From: Gammaproteobacteria bacterium
GTDB taxonomy: Bacteria; Pseudomonadota; Gammaproteobacteria; Burkholderiales; SG8-39
NCBI GenBank assembly: GCA_041496745.1
Contig: JBGQFF010000003.1
Location: 1-56,812, forward strand
DNA: 56,812 nt
Direction of reading: 5' to 3'
The notes beneath the pieces were generated by a model, which was given only the letters and a program-made list of their open reading frames with translations, did no database searches and was not told where the DNA came from. The translations under genes and the position numbers were made by a program. This document shows positions 28,787-37,321 of this stretch, in pieces (position 1 is the first letter of the stretch; each line of letters starts with the position of its first letter).

Positions 28787-29647
28787 ATGTACACGCATGG
28801 TCGTTGCGCCCTCTACTGTCTAGCGGTGTTTGTGTCATTGCTGGCTGGCTGCGCAGCAGCGCCGCGGCAGCGACAACCGCTGCCGCCACCCAATACCGCC
28901 TATGAGGAAATCAGACGCTGCCGCTCAGATAACCAGCAAGCCCATGCCGAAGTCCTCAACAATTACGAGGCTGCTCGCCGCGCTGGCCGGATCAATCCCG
29001 GCGAGGCTGAGCAGTTTAATGCGATAGAAGGGAGACTGAGAAACATGCGGATGGAGCTCGCGCGTGACGGTCTTTCGTTGCAGGAGTGTCAGCGCATTGC
29101 TGGCGCCATCGCGAGGGAACGCGACGAAGTGGCGAGGATGACGCGGTCCGATCCTGCCGTGGCGCGCTGCATGGCTGACAACAGGCGGGCGCACCAGGAG
29201 GTGGTCGGACTCTACGAGAACGCAAAACGTTCTGGTCGCATCAATCCGAGCGAGGCGCAACGTGTCAATGCGATCGATGCAAGGCTGCAAAACCTGCGGG
29301 CAGATCTCGGACGCGATGGGATTTCCTTGCAGGAGTGCCAGCGTATCGGCGGCGCGATCGCCAGGGAGCGCGACGAAGTGACCCGAATGGCGAAACATGA
29401 TCCAGGTGTTGCGCGCTGTGTGGCTGACAACCGGCGCGCACACGAAGAGCTATACAAGGTCTACAACAACGCCTTGCGCGCCGGGCGGATCGAGCCCAGC
29501 GAGGCCAAAAGGTTTCAGGCCATCGACAAGCGGCTGAATGGCTTTCAGGCCGAGATCAAGCGCGACGGCTTGAGCCTGGCGGAGTGTCAACGCATCGGCA
29601 GCGCCATCGCAAGAGAGCGTGCGCTCGTGGAGAAAATGGCGCGGTGA
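28787..29647 (+). CDS. Hypothetical lipoprotein with three tandem 83-aa helical repeats
   Basis: SD GGAGG; lipobox LLAGC; Pro-rich linker; three repeats each with 2 Cys, DNxxAH, GRIxPxEA, RDGxSLxECQRI. Confidence 0.85.
   Translation: MYTHGRCALYCLAVFVSLLAGCAAAPRQRQPLPPPNTAYEEIRRCRSDNQQAHAEVLNNYEAARRAGRINPGEAEQFNAIEGRLRNMRMELARDGLSLQECQRIAGAIARERDEVARMTRSDPAVARCMADNRRAHQEVVGLYENAKRSGRINPSEAQRVNAIDARLQNLRADLGRDGISLQECQRIGGAIARERDEVTRMAKHDPGVARCVADNRRAHEELYKVYNNALRAGRIEPSEAKRFQAIDKRLNGFQAEIKRDGLSLAECQRIGSAIARERALVEKMAR
28919..29644 (+). repeat. Intragenic degenerate tandem repeat, 3 x 249 bp
   Basis: First Cys codons of the units at 28919, 29168 and 29417, exactly 249 nt apart; shared DNA such as CAGGAGTG.CAGCG.AT and AGGGA.CGCGACGAAGTG. 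Confidence 0.9.
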
Positions 29648-29710
29648 TCTGGCCAGATCGATGCCAATGAGCGTGTTGAACGTTGGCAACTGGATTAGGG
29701 AGGAGGGCAC

Positions 29711-30037
29711 ATGATTACTGCCACGGTGCGATACCAACTGCCGCCGCACATTGACCCTGCGGCTTGCCGCGAGCACTTCCACAAGATCGCACCCGGATTT
29801 CGTCAGGTGAAGGGGCTCATCAGCAAGCACTTCATCTGCAGCGAAGGCGGTTGGGCGGGCGGGGTCTACCAATGGGAAAGGCTGGAGGACGCGAAGGCCT
29901 TTTACTCCGGGCCTTGGCGTGACGGAATTGTCCAGCGCTACGGCATGCAGCCGCAGATCGACTTCTATGAGGTTTTTGCGGTGACTGACAATGCCCGCAG
30001 CACCGTCGAGCTGTTCAACGAGCAACTGACGGCATAG
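29711..30037 (+). CDS. YdhR-like / dimeric alpha+beta barrel putative monooxygenase
   Basis: APGFRQVKGLISKHF, AGGVYQWE..EDA.AFY; SD GGAGG. Confidence 0.7.
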   Translation: MITATVRYQLPPHIDPAACREHFHKIAPGFRQVKGLISKHFICSEGGWAGGVYQWERLEDAKAFYSGPWRDGIVQRYGMQPQIDFYEVFAVTDNARSTVELFNEQLTA

Positions 30038-30041
30038 AACG

Positions 30042-30368
30042 ATGGCCGTCGCCGCCGCAATACCGTGGAAAGTGATCCTCAAGGCTCTGCCGATGGTCGT
30101 TGTCACCGCCAAGGAACTGTGGAATTACTGGTCGTCGAGGCCCAGGACGGCAGCCGTCGATCCGAATGCGGACGTGACGACACAACTGGCGTCAGTCGGG
30201 GAAAGATTGGCGGCGCTGGAAAGCGCAGAAACTGATCAGGCCAAACTCGTCAGCCAAATGGCCGAGCAGCTTCAAGGGATCGCACGCCGCGCTGCAGTTG
30301 CTTATTGGCTGGGTCTCAGCGGTCTGCTGCTGTCATGCGGCGCCTTGCTGCTGGCGGCTTTCCGCTAG
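30042..30368 (+). CDS. Hypothetical protein: amphipathic N-terminus, coiled coil, C-terminal TM anchor
   Basis: 108-aa ORF filling the gap; heptad segment QLASVGERLAALE...QLQGIA and hydrophobic tail. Confidence 0.7.
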   Translation: MAVAAAIPWKVILKALPMVVVTAKELWNYWSSRPRTAAVDPNADVTTQLASVGERLAALESAETDQAKLVSQMAEQLQGIARRAAVAYWLGLSGLLLSCGALLLAAFR

Positions 30369-30381
30369 CCCATGCGGCAAA

Positions 30382-30870
30382 ATGAGCATTGAGAAACCGT
30401 ATCCAATTGAAGGCGGCTGCACCTGCCGCGCGGTCCGCTACCGCATGATGACCAAGCCCATGTTCGTCCACTGCTGTCACTGCACCTGGTGCCAGCGTGA
30501 AACCGGCGCGGCGTTCGCGCTCAACGCCATGATCGAAGCCGACCGCGTCGAACTGCTCCAGGGCGAAGTCGAAGTGGTCAACACGCCATCCCTCAGCGGC
30601 AAGGGCCAGAAGATCTCCCGCTGCCCCAACTGCCGCATCGCGGTCTGGAGCAATTACTCCGGAGCAGGGGACGCCGTGCGTTTCGTGCGCGTCGGGACTC
30701 TCGACGAGCCCGGGCGTTTTCCGCCGGACATCCACATCTTCACTTCGACCAAGCAGCCCTGGGTGGTGCTGCCGGAGGGTACGCCGGCGTTCGCCGAGTA
30801 CTACAAGGCCTCCGAGCATTGGCCGAAGGAGAGCCTGGAGCGGCGCGCGGCGTTGAAGACCGCCAGTTAG
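30382..30870 (+). CDS. GFA/CENP-V family zinc-binding protein
   Basis: EGGCTCRAVRY, HCCHCTWCQ, CPNC, VRVGTLD, PDIHIFTSTKQPW. Confidence 0.9.
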   Translation: MSIEKPYPIEGGCTCRAVRYRMMTKPMFVHCCHCTWCQRETGAAFALNAMIEADRVELLQGEVEVVNTPSLSGKGQKISRCPNCRIAVWSNYSGAGDAVRFVRVGTLDEPGRFPPDIHIFTSTKQPWVVLPEGTPAFAEYYKASEHWPKESLERRAALKTAS

Positions 30871-31223
30871 TTCCGCACGGCCAGGCTGTCCTTCACGCCG
30901 GCCACGCCGGCGACGGTGGAAGCGGCCTTCACGGCCTTTGCGCGTTGGCCCTCGTCCTTCACGAAGCCGGAGAGCAGCACCTCTCCCTTGAAGGTCTCCA
31001 CGGAAACGTCGAGCGACTTCAGCCCAGGCTCGCGCAGCAGCGCCGCCTTCACTTTGCCAGTGATGGCGCTGTCGTTCGCGCCGCGGCCGGCGTACTCGCG
31101 GATGTTCCGGACTTCAGCCTGCGACAGGAGCGGTTCCTCCTTGTCTTCGGCTTGCGCGAACGGGATTGCCCAGGCAAGCGCGGTGACACTGAGGATGGTC
31201 CTTGCGGCGCGAGTGATTTTCAT
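30867..31223 (-). CDS. Secreted single BON-domain protein (OsmY-like)
   Basis: Signal peptide ending AQA; DSAITGKVKAALL...VSVETFKGEVLLSGFV...VAGVKDSL; SD AGGAGG. Confidence 0.88.
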   Translation of the reverse strand: MKITRAARTILSVTALAWAIPFAQAEDKEEPLLSQAEVRNIREYAGRGANDSAITGKVKAALLREPGLKSLDVSVETFKGEVLLSGFVKDEGQRAKAVKAASTVAGVAGVKDSLAVRN

Positions 31224-31251
31224 GTCGACCTCCTTCGAGCAAGTAGTGACC

Positions 31252-31345
31252 GCTAGGGGCGGGCCAGGTTTCATGTTTTTGCGAAATCAGTGGCTTGCAG
31301 GAATGAAAGCTTGAGCGAACCACAGAATAGCGTCGCTATGTGACG
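31252..31345 (-). promoter_or_regulatory. Putative sigma54 promoter with IHF site and upstream activator palindrome for the BON gene
   Basis: Minus strand TGGCCCGCCCCTAGC (31252-31266, GG-N10-GC); AATCAGTGGCTTG (31285-31297) near IHF consensus WATCAANNNNTTR; imperfect inverted repeat CGTCGC-TAT-GTGACG (31331-31345). Confidence 0.5.
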
Positions 31346-31391
31346 ACAGTTCGCGCGCGCTGCGGGTGCGCGCAGGCAAGACTCCAGGAAA

Positions 31392-31892
31392 TCAGGCGGG
31401 TTCGGCCAGCGCGCGCTCTACGAGCGCGTGGAACTCGGCCCAGTCGGGCTCGCCAAGGTATTGCTTGACGATGCGGCCGCGCTTGTCGAGAAGGAAGGTG
31501 GTCGGCGTACCGCGCACGCCGCCGAAGCCGTTCGCCACCGTGCCGTCCGTATCGAGCGCGACTTTGAACGGCAAGCCACGCTTGTGCGCGAACTCGGCCA
31601 CCAGGTTGGGGTGGTCGTAGCTCATCGCCACGGCGACCATCTCGTAGCCGCGCGGGGAGAATTTCTTCCACGCCTCCACCATCTTCGGCATTTCTTCCAC
31701 GCAGACGACACAGGAAGTGGCCCAGAAGTTGACCAGTAACACCTTGCCGCGCAGCTCGGAGGTGGTGAAGTTCTGCCCGGAAAGCGTGACGAAGCGCACA
31801 TCGGGCGCGGAAGATTGCCGTGTGAGCGCGGCGAACCCCGCCCCGGCGGCGATTGCCACCACGGCGACGATGGCGATAAGCTTGGTCTTCAT
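31392..31892 (-). CDS. TlpA/ResA family thiol-disulfide oxidoreductase
   Basis: N-terminal anchor, LVNFWATSCVVCVEEMP (CxxC), GTPTTFLLD. Confidence 0.9.
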   Translation of the reverse strand: MKTKLIAIVAVVAIAAGAGFAALTRQSSAPDVRFVTLSGQNFTTSELRGKVLLVNFWATSCVVCVEEMPKMVEAWKKFSPRGYEMVAVAMSYDHPNLVAEFAHKRGLPFKVALDTDGTVANGFGGVRGTPTTFLLDKRGRIVKQYLGEPDWAEFHALVERALAEPA

Positions 31893-32580
31893 GAGGGTCG
31901 CTATTGTCGCCGCGTCCGCGGCACTTGTCATGGGTTGGACGGGTCCGGCGACCGCCCAGCTTGAGAACATCACCAACCGCGAGGCTATTTCGGGTTTGAA
32001 GGCGGCCCTGGAGAAAGGTTCCCGCGCGGCGGTGGAGCAGCTGGGCAGGGAGAACGGCTTCTTCGGCGATGCGCGGGTCAAGATCCCGCTGCCGGAATCG
32101 CTGCAGCGGGCGGAACGCACCATGCGGCGCCTGGGGATGGGCAAGTACGCCGATGAGCTGGTGCTCACCATGAACCGGGCGGCGGAGGCCGCGGTGCCGG
32201 AGGCGAAGCAACTGTTCGTGGACTCGGTGAAGAAGATGACGGTGCAGGACGCAAAGGCGATCCTGATGGGCGGGGAGACCTCGGGAACGGAGTACTTCAA
32301 GCGCACGACCACGGACCAGCTGCGCAAGAGGTTCCTCCCCATCGTGAACAAGTCGACCGAGAAGGTCGGCCTGGCGCAGAAGTACAACCGGTATGCCGAG
32401 CAGGGAGTGGCGTTCGGGCTGGTGAAGCAGGAGCACGCCAACCTCGACGACTACGTGACGCAGAAGGCCCTGGACGGCCTTTACTTCATGGTGGCGGAGG
32501 AGGAGAAGAAGATCCGCAAGGATCCGGTGGGTAGCGCGTCCAACATCATCAAGAAAGTATTTGGCGCGCTGCTGAAGTAA
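31891..32580 (+). CDS. DUF4197 family secreted protein
   Basis: Signal peptide MRVAIVAASAALVMGWTGPATA; GLKAAL..G, VKIPLP, MNRAAEAAVP, EEKKIRKDPV. Confidence 0.85.
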   Translation: MRVAIVAASAALVMGWTGPATAQLENITNREAISGLKAALEKGSRAAVEQLGRENGFFGDARVKIPLPESLQRAERTMRRLGMGKYADELVLTMNRAAEAAVPEAKQLFVDSVKKMTVQDAKAILMGGETSGTEYFKRTTTDQLRKRFLPIVNKSTEKVGLAQKYNRYAEQGVAFGLVKQEHANLDDYVTQKALDGLYFMVAEEEKKIRKDPVGSASNIIKKVFGALLK

Positions 32581-32582
32581 AT

Positions 32583-35288
32583 CTAGTGCGCCTGGTCCCA
32601 GTTGTCGCCGACGCCCACCTCGACGATCAGCGGGACATCCAGCTGCGCGACGTTCTGCATCAGCTCGCGCACTTTCTCCTTCGCTTCCTCCAGTTCGCCT
32701 TGCGGCACTTCCAGCACCAGTTCGTCGTGCACCTGCATGATGAGCAAGGTCTTGAGCTTCTCCCTGTCCAGCCAGTCCTGCACCGCGATCATCGCCAGCT
32801 TGATGAGGTCGGCGGCCGTCCCCTGCATCGGCGCGTTGATCGCCGCGCGCTCGGCGCCTTGCCGCCGCGCCGGGTTGGATGACTTGATCTCCGGCAGCCA
32901 CAGCCGCCGCCCGAACACGGTCTCCACGTAGCCCTCGGCGCGCGCCTTGTCGCGCGTCTCGTCCATGTAGCGCTTCACGCCCTGGTAGCGCGAGAAGTAC
33001 GAGTCGATGTAGGCCTGCGCGGTCGCGCGCGCGATGCCGAGGTTCTGCGCCAGGCCGAAGGCGCTCATGCCGTAGATCAGGCCGAAGTTGGTCACCTTGG
33101 CAATGCGCCGCTCGTCCGGCGAAACCTTGTCCAGCGGCACGCCGAACACTTCCGCCGCAGTGGCGCTGTGCACGTCGTGCCCGTGGGCGAAGGCGTGGCG
33201 CAGGCCGGGGTCGGCGGACAGGTGCGCCATGATGCGAAGCTCGATCTGCGAGTAGTCGGCGCTGACGATCTTGCTGCCCTTCGGCGCGACAAAGGCTTCG
33301 CGGATGCGCCGGCCCTGCGGCGTGCGGATCGGGATGTTCTGCAGGTTGGGATCGTTGGAGGCAAGGCGCCCGGTCACCGCCACCGCCTGCGAGTAGGTGG
33401 TGTGCACCCGCCGGGTTTCGGGGTGGACCATCCGCGGCAGCTTGTCCGTGTAGGTGGACTTGAGCTTGGCGAGGCCCCGGTACTCGAGCAGCAGCTTGGG
33501 CAGCGGGTATTCGAGCGCGAGCTCCGCGAGCACGTCCTCGTCGGTGGACGGCTGGCCGGAAGGCGTCTTCTTCTTCACCGGCAGCTTCTGCTTGTCGAAC
33601 AGGATCTCCTGGATCTGCTTGGGCGAATTGAGGTTGAACGGCTGGCCCGCGGCCTGATAGGCCTTCTGCTCGAGCTCGAGCATCTCCTTGCCCAGCTCGT
33701 GGCTCTGCGCCTCCAGTTTCGCGCCATCGAGCAGCACGCCGTTCCTCTCCATGCGCAGCAGCACCGGCATCACCGGCATCTCGATCGTCTCGTAGACCTT
33801 CTTCAGCCTTTCTTGCGCAGAAAGCTTCGCGTAGAGCACCTCGTGCACCGCGAGCGCGCAGTCCGCGTCCTCCGCCGCGTACTCGGTGGCGCGCCCGATC
33901 TCCACCGCCGAGAACGAAATGCGCGACGCGCCCTTGCCGGTGACCTCGTCGTAGGAAATAGTCGTCCAGCCCAGGTGCCGCTGCGAGAGCGAATCGAGGT
34001 CGTGCCGCTCGTGCACTTCGTAGACGTAGGATTCGAGCAGCGTGTCGTGCGCGACGCCGCCCAGGCGCACGCCGTGGTTGGCGAGCACGTGCGCGTCGAA
34101 CTTGAGGTTCTGCCCGACCTTCCTGCGCTGCGCGCTCTCCAGCCAGGGCTTGAGGAGCTCGAGCGCTCTTTGCGCGCCGATCTGCTCGGGCGCGCCCGGG
34201 TACTGGTGCGCGAGCGGCAGGTACGCGGCGGTCTCGCCGAAGGCGAAGGACATCCCCACCAGCTGCGCCATCATCGGCTCGAGCCCGGTGGTCTCGGTGT
34301 CGAAGCCGACCAGCTCCGCCTGCTCCATCTGCTTGAGCCACGCGGCGAGCGCTTTTTCGTCGGCGAGCGTCACATACTTGCGGCGCTTCGCTTCGGCGAG
34401 CGCCGCGGCAGGCGCGGGCGCGGGGGACGCGCCGCCCAGCTCGCCGAGCCAGGTGCGGAAGCCGAAGCGGCCGAAGAGCTCGCGCAGCTTCGCCGGGTCC
34501 TGCCTGCCGTCGAGGTCTTCCAGACTGAGCGGCAGTCGCACGTCGCGCTTCACCGTGAGCAGGCTCCTGCCCCTGGGCAGCCAATCGAGTGTCTTGCGCA
34601 GGTTTTCCCCCACCACGCCGGAAATCTCGCCCGCGTGCTCGATCACCGCGTCGAGCGAGCCGTACTGCTGGATCCACTTCGCCGCGGTCTTGGGCCCCAC
34701 CTGGTCCACGCCGGGCACGTTGTCCACCGCATCGCCCGTCAGCGCGAGGTAGTCCACGATCTGGTCGGGCGACACGCCGAATTTCCTGCGCACGCCCTCG
34801 GGATCGAGCGTCTCGTTCGACATGGTGTTCACCAGCGTCACCTGCTCGCCCACCAGTTGCGCGAGGTCCTTGTCGCCGGTGGAGATCACCGAGCGCCAGC
34901 CCTTTTGCTTGGCTTCCTCGGCGAGCGTGGCGATGACGTCATCGGCCTCCACGCCCTCGACCGCCAGCACGGGCCAGCCCAACGCGGCCACCGCTTCCTT
35001 CAGCGGCTCGATCTGCGCGGCGAGCGCCTCGTCCATCGGCGGGCGGTTCGCCTTGTACTCGGGATACTGCGCGTCGCGAAACGTCGGGCCCCTGGCGTCG
35101 AACACGCAGGCGCGCGCCTGCGCCTTGTGATCAGCGGAGAGCCGCCGTAGCATGTTGAGCACGCCGTAGATCGCGCCGGTGGGCTCGCCGCGCGGGCTCT
35201 GCAGTTCCGGCAACGCGTGGAAAGCGCGGTACAGGTAGGACGAGCCGTCCACCAGCAGGAGAGTCTTTTGCGGATCGTTCGCCGACAC
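32583..35288 (-). CDS. polA: DNA polymerase I
   Basis: LLVDGSSYLYRAFHA 5'-3' exonuclease, FDTETT 3'-5' exonuclease, DYSQIELR, K.TNFGLIYG, QVHDEL; GTG start approximate. Confidence 0.96.
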   Translation of the reverse strand: MSANDPQKTLLLVDGSSYLYRAFHALPELQSPRGEPTGAIYGVLNMLRRLSADHKAQARACVFDARGPTFRDAQYPEYKANRPPMDEALAAQIEPLKEAVAALGWPVLAVEGVEADDVIATLAEEAKQKGWRSVISTGDKDLAQLVGEQVTLVNTMSNETLDPEGVRRKFGVSPDQIVDYLALTGDAVDNVPGVDQVGPKTAAKWIQQYGSLDAVIEHAGEISGVVGENLRKTLDWLPRGRSLLTVKRDVRLPLSLEDLDGRQDPAKLRELFGRFGFRTWLGELGGASPAPAPAAALAEAKRRKYVTLADEKALAAWLKQMEQAELVGFDTETTGLEPMMAQLVGMSFAFGETAAYLPLAHQYPGAPEQIGAQRALELLKPWLESAQRRKVGQNLKFDAHVLANHGVRLGGVAHDTLLESYVYEVHERHDLDSLSQRHLGWTTISYDEVTGKGASRISFSAVEIGRATEYAAEDADCALAVHEVLYAKLSAQERLKKVYETIEMPVMPVLLRMERNGVLLDGAKLEAQSHELGKEMLELEQKAYQAAGQPFNLNSPKQIQEILFDKQKLPVKKKTPSGQPSTDEDVLAELALEYPLPKLLLEYRGLAKLKSTYTDKLPRMVHPETRRVHTTYSQAVAVTGRLASNDPNLQNIPIRTPQGRRIREAFVAPKGSKIVSADYSQIELRIMAHLSADPGLRHAFAHGHDVHSATAAEVFGVPLDKVSPDERRIAKVTNFGLIYGMSAFGLAQNLGIARATAQAYIDSYFSRYQGVKRYMDETRDKARAEGYVETVFGRRLWLPEIKSSNPARRQGAERAAINAPMQGTAADLIKLAMIAVQDWLDREKLKTLLIMQVHDELVLEVPQGELEEAKEKVRELMQNVAQLDVPLIVEVGVGDNWDQAH

Positions 35289-35289
35289 G

Positions 35290-36006
35290 ATGACTGACGA
35301 GAACCTGCCGAAACCGGTGAGCCCCGACCGCAGCTTCAATGCGCGCGAGGCGTGGCGGGTGTTCGGCATTATGTCAGAGTTCGTCGAGGCCACCGAGCGC
35401 CTCGCCAACATCCGTCCCGCGGTGTCGGTGTTCGGCACCGCGCGCGCCGCGCCCGGCTCGCACTACTACCGCCTGGCCGAGCAGGTGTCGCGCCTCCTGT
35501 CGGACGCGGGCTTCGCGGTGATCTCGGGCGGCGGGCCCGGGGTGATGGAAGCCGCCAACAAGGGCGCTTTCGCCGGCCCGTCGCCGGCCATCGGTCTCAA
35601 CATCGATCTGCCGCGCGAGCAGCAGGCCAACCAGTACCAGGACATCAGCCTGCGCTTCAAGCACTTCTTCACGCGCAAGGTGATGTTCGCCAAATTCGCC
35701 ACCGCCTTCATCATCCTGCCAGGCGGCTTCGGCACGCTCGACGAGCTGTTCGAGGCGCTGACGCTGGTGCAGACCTCCAAGACGCGCAGGATGCCGATCA
35801 TCCTGATGCACGGGCTGTTCTGGCGCGGCCTGCTCGACTGGTTCCGCGAGCGCCTGGTGGCCGAGGGCATGATCGACGCGCGCGACATCGACCTGCTGCA
35901 GGTGATCGACGAGCCGCAGGCGGTGGTGGACGCGATCTTCGCCTATTACGAGAAGCGCGGTTTCGAGCCTTCGCCCGCCGAGAGGGAGGTTCTGCTCAAC
36001 CTCTAG
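35290..36006 (+). CDS. LOG family (TIGR00730) nucleotide monophosphate nucleosidase
   Basis: SGGGPGVMEAAN, PGGFGTLDELFE. Confidence 0.92.
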   Translation: MTDENLPKPVSPDRSFNAREAWRVFGIMSEFVEATERLANIRPAVSVFGTARAAPGSHYYRLAEQVSRLLSDAGFAVISGGGPGVMEAANKGAFAGPSPAIGLNIDLPREQQANQYQDISLRFKHFFTRKVMFAKFATAFIILPGGFGTLDELFEALTLVQTSKTRRMPIILMHGLFWRGLLDWFRERLVAEGMIDARDIDLLQVIDEPQAVVDAIFAYYEKRGFEPSPAEREVLLNL

Positions 36007-36019
36007 TAAACTGCGGCGT

Positions 36020-36349
36020 ATGCGCCGGCTGCTTGCGACTGTGCTGTTACCGATGTCGGTTGCGGCGCAAGCCCAGGTGCCGCCGCCGCCGAAGCTCGAG
36101 CCGCTGCCCGAGGCGCCCGAACGGCCGGCCGCCGCCGAGGGCCGCGCCGAGGAGCCCGCCGTGCGCATCCCGGCCGGCAAGGACGACAAGGTCGAGCACA
36201 TCAACCACGGCGGCCGCGCGATGGTGAAGGTCACGCCGCCCGGCGGTAAGCCCTACTACCTCATCGAGGGTCCCGGCGGCTGGCTGCGCCGCGATTCGCT
36301 CGACGACGGCGTGCGCGTGCCGATGTGGCCGCTCCACACTTTCGACTGA
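36020..36349 (+). CDS. DUF2782 family secreted protein
   Basis: Signal peptide, Pro-rich linker, MVKVTPPGGKPYYL, VPMW; between LOG and thrB. Confidence 0.82.
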   Translation: MRRLLATVLLPMSVAAQAQVPPPPKLEPLPEAPERPAAAEGRAEEPAVRIPAGKDDKVEHINHGGRAMVKVTPPGGKPYYLIEGPGGWLRRDSLDDGVRVPMWPLHTFD

Positions 36350-36364
36350 CCGGGTGCCGCTGGC

Positions 36365-37321
36365 TTGTCGGTCTACACCCCCGTCTCGAAGGCCCAGCTC
36401 GCGGCCTGGCTGCGGAACTTTTCGGTAGGCGCGCTGGAGCGCCTGGAGCCGATCCAGTCCGGCATCGAGAACACCAACTACTTCGTCACCACCGCGCAGG
36501 GGCGCTATGTGCTCACCCTGTTCGAGCGCCTGCCGGCGGCCGAGCTGCCCTTCTACCTCAACCTGATGGCGCACCTCGCGCGCCACGGCATTCCCTGCCC
36601 GGCGCCGATCGCGGACCTGTCTGACGCCTACCTGGGCACGCTGAACGGCAAGCCCGGGGCGCTGGTGACACGCTTGCCGGGGAAGTCGCTCGAGCGCCCG
36701 GGCGCGGCCGAATGCCGCGAGCTCGGGTTCCTCCTCGCGCGCATGCACCTCGCGGGGCGGTCCTATCCCGCCTACCAGGAGAATCCGCGCGGGCCGAAGT
36801 GGTGGCGCGCCGCGGCGCAGGACGTGCGGCCCTTCCTCGACGCCGCGCACAACAAGCTCCTCGACGTGGAGCTCGAAACCCAGGCGCAGCACCGCTTTCC
36901 CGACCTGCCGCGCGGCCCGGTGCACGCGGACCTGTTCCGCGACAACGCGCTGTTCGACGGACCGCGGCTCACCGGCGTGATCGACTTCTACTTCGCGGGC
37001 GTGGACTGCTGGCTGTTCGACGTCGCGGTGTGCGCCAACGACTGGTGCCTGGTGGACCCGGCGCAGGACCGCGCGCTCGACCCGGCGCTGGTGCGCGCCC
37101 TGCTTGGCGCCTACCACGCGCTGCGGCCGTTCACGGCGCTCGAGCACGAGGCCTGGCCGGTGCTGCTGCGCGCTGCGGCGCTGCGCTTCTGGCTCTCGCG
37201 CCTGCACGACCTGCACCTGCCCCGCCCGGGGGAACTGGTGCACGCGCACGACCCGGAGCACTTGCGCGAGGTGCTCGAGCTGCGCGTGGCCACGGTCCCG
37301 CCCTGGATGGAACAGCCATGA
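36365..37321 (+). CDS. thrB: Homoserine kinase type II
   Basis: SVYT start (TTG), GIENTNYF, HADLFRDN, IDFYFA, ALRFWLSRL. Confidence 0.92.
   Translation: MSVYTPVSKAQLAAWLRNFSVGALERLEPIQSGIENTNYFVTTAQGRYVLTLFERLPAAELPFYLNLMAHLARHGIPCPAPIADLSDAYLGTLNGKPGALVTRLPGKSLERPGAAECRELGFLLARMHLAGRSYPAYQENPRGPKWWRAAAQDVRPFLDAAHNKLLDVELETQAQHRFPDLPRGPVHADLFRDNALFDGPRLTGVIDFYFAGVDCWLFDVAVCANDWCLVDPAQDRALDPALVRALLGAYHALRPFTALEHEAWPVLLRAAALRFWLSRLHDLHLPRPGELVHAHDPEHLREVLELRVATVPPWMEQP

Noticed and set aside
29646-29659. 14-bp palindrome GATCTGGCCAGATC after the repeat lipoprotein
   Set aside because: Single short palindrome, no U-tract and no second copy seen; cannot assign a function
28764-31391. Accessory block as a prophage, integron or defence island
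   Set aside because: No integrase, attC-like sites, phage genes or recognisable defence domains
31336-34677. 1113-aa minus-strand ORF and other long overlapping ORFs (38015-41488, 41740-44904, 47627-49945, 50920-53127)
   Set aside because: Stop-poor alternative frames expected at high GC3; they overlap well-supported genes and lack motifs
35290-36006. LOG protein as a cytokinin system or lysine decarboxylase
   Set aside because: Common housekeeping nucleotide phosphoribohydrolase next to polA; nothing supports a special role
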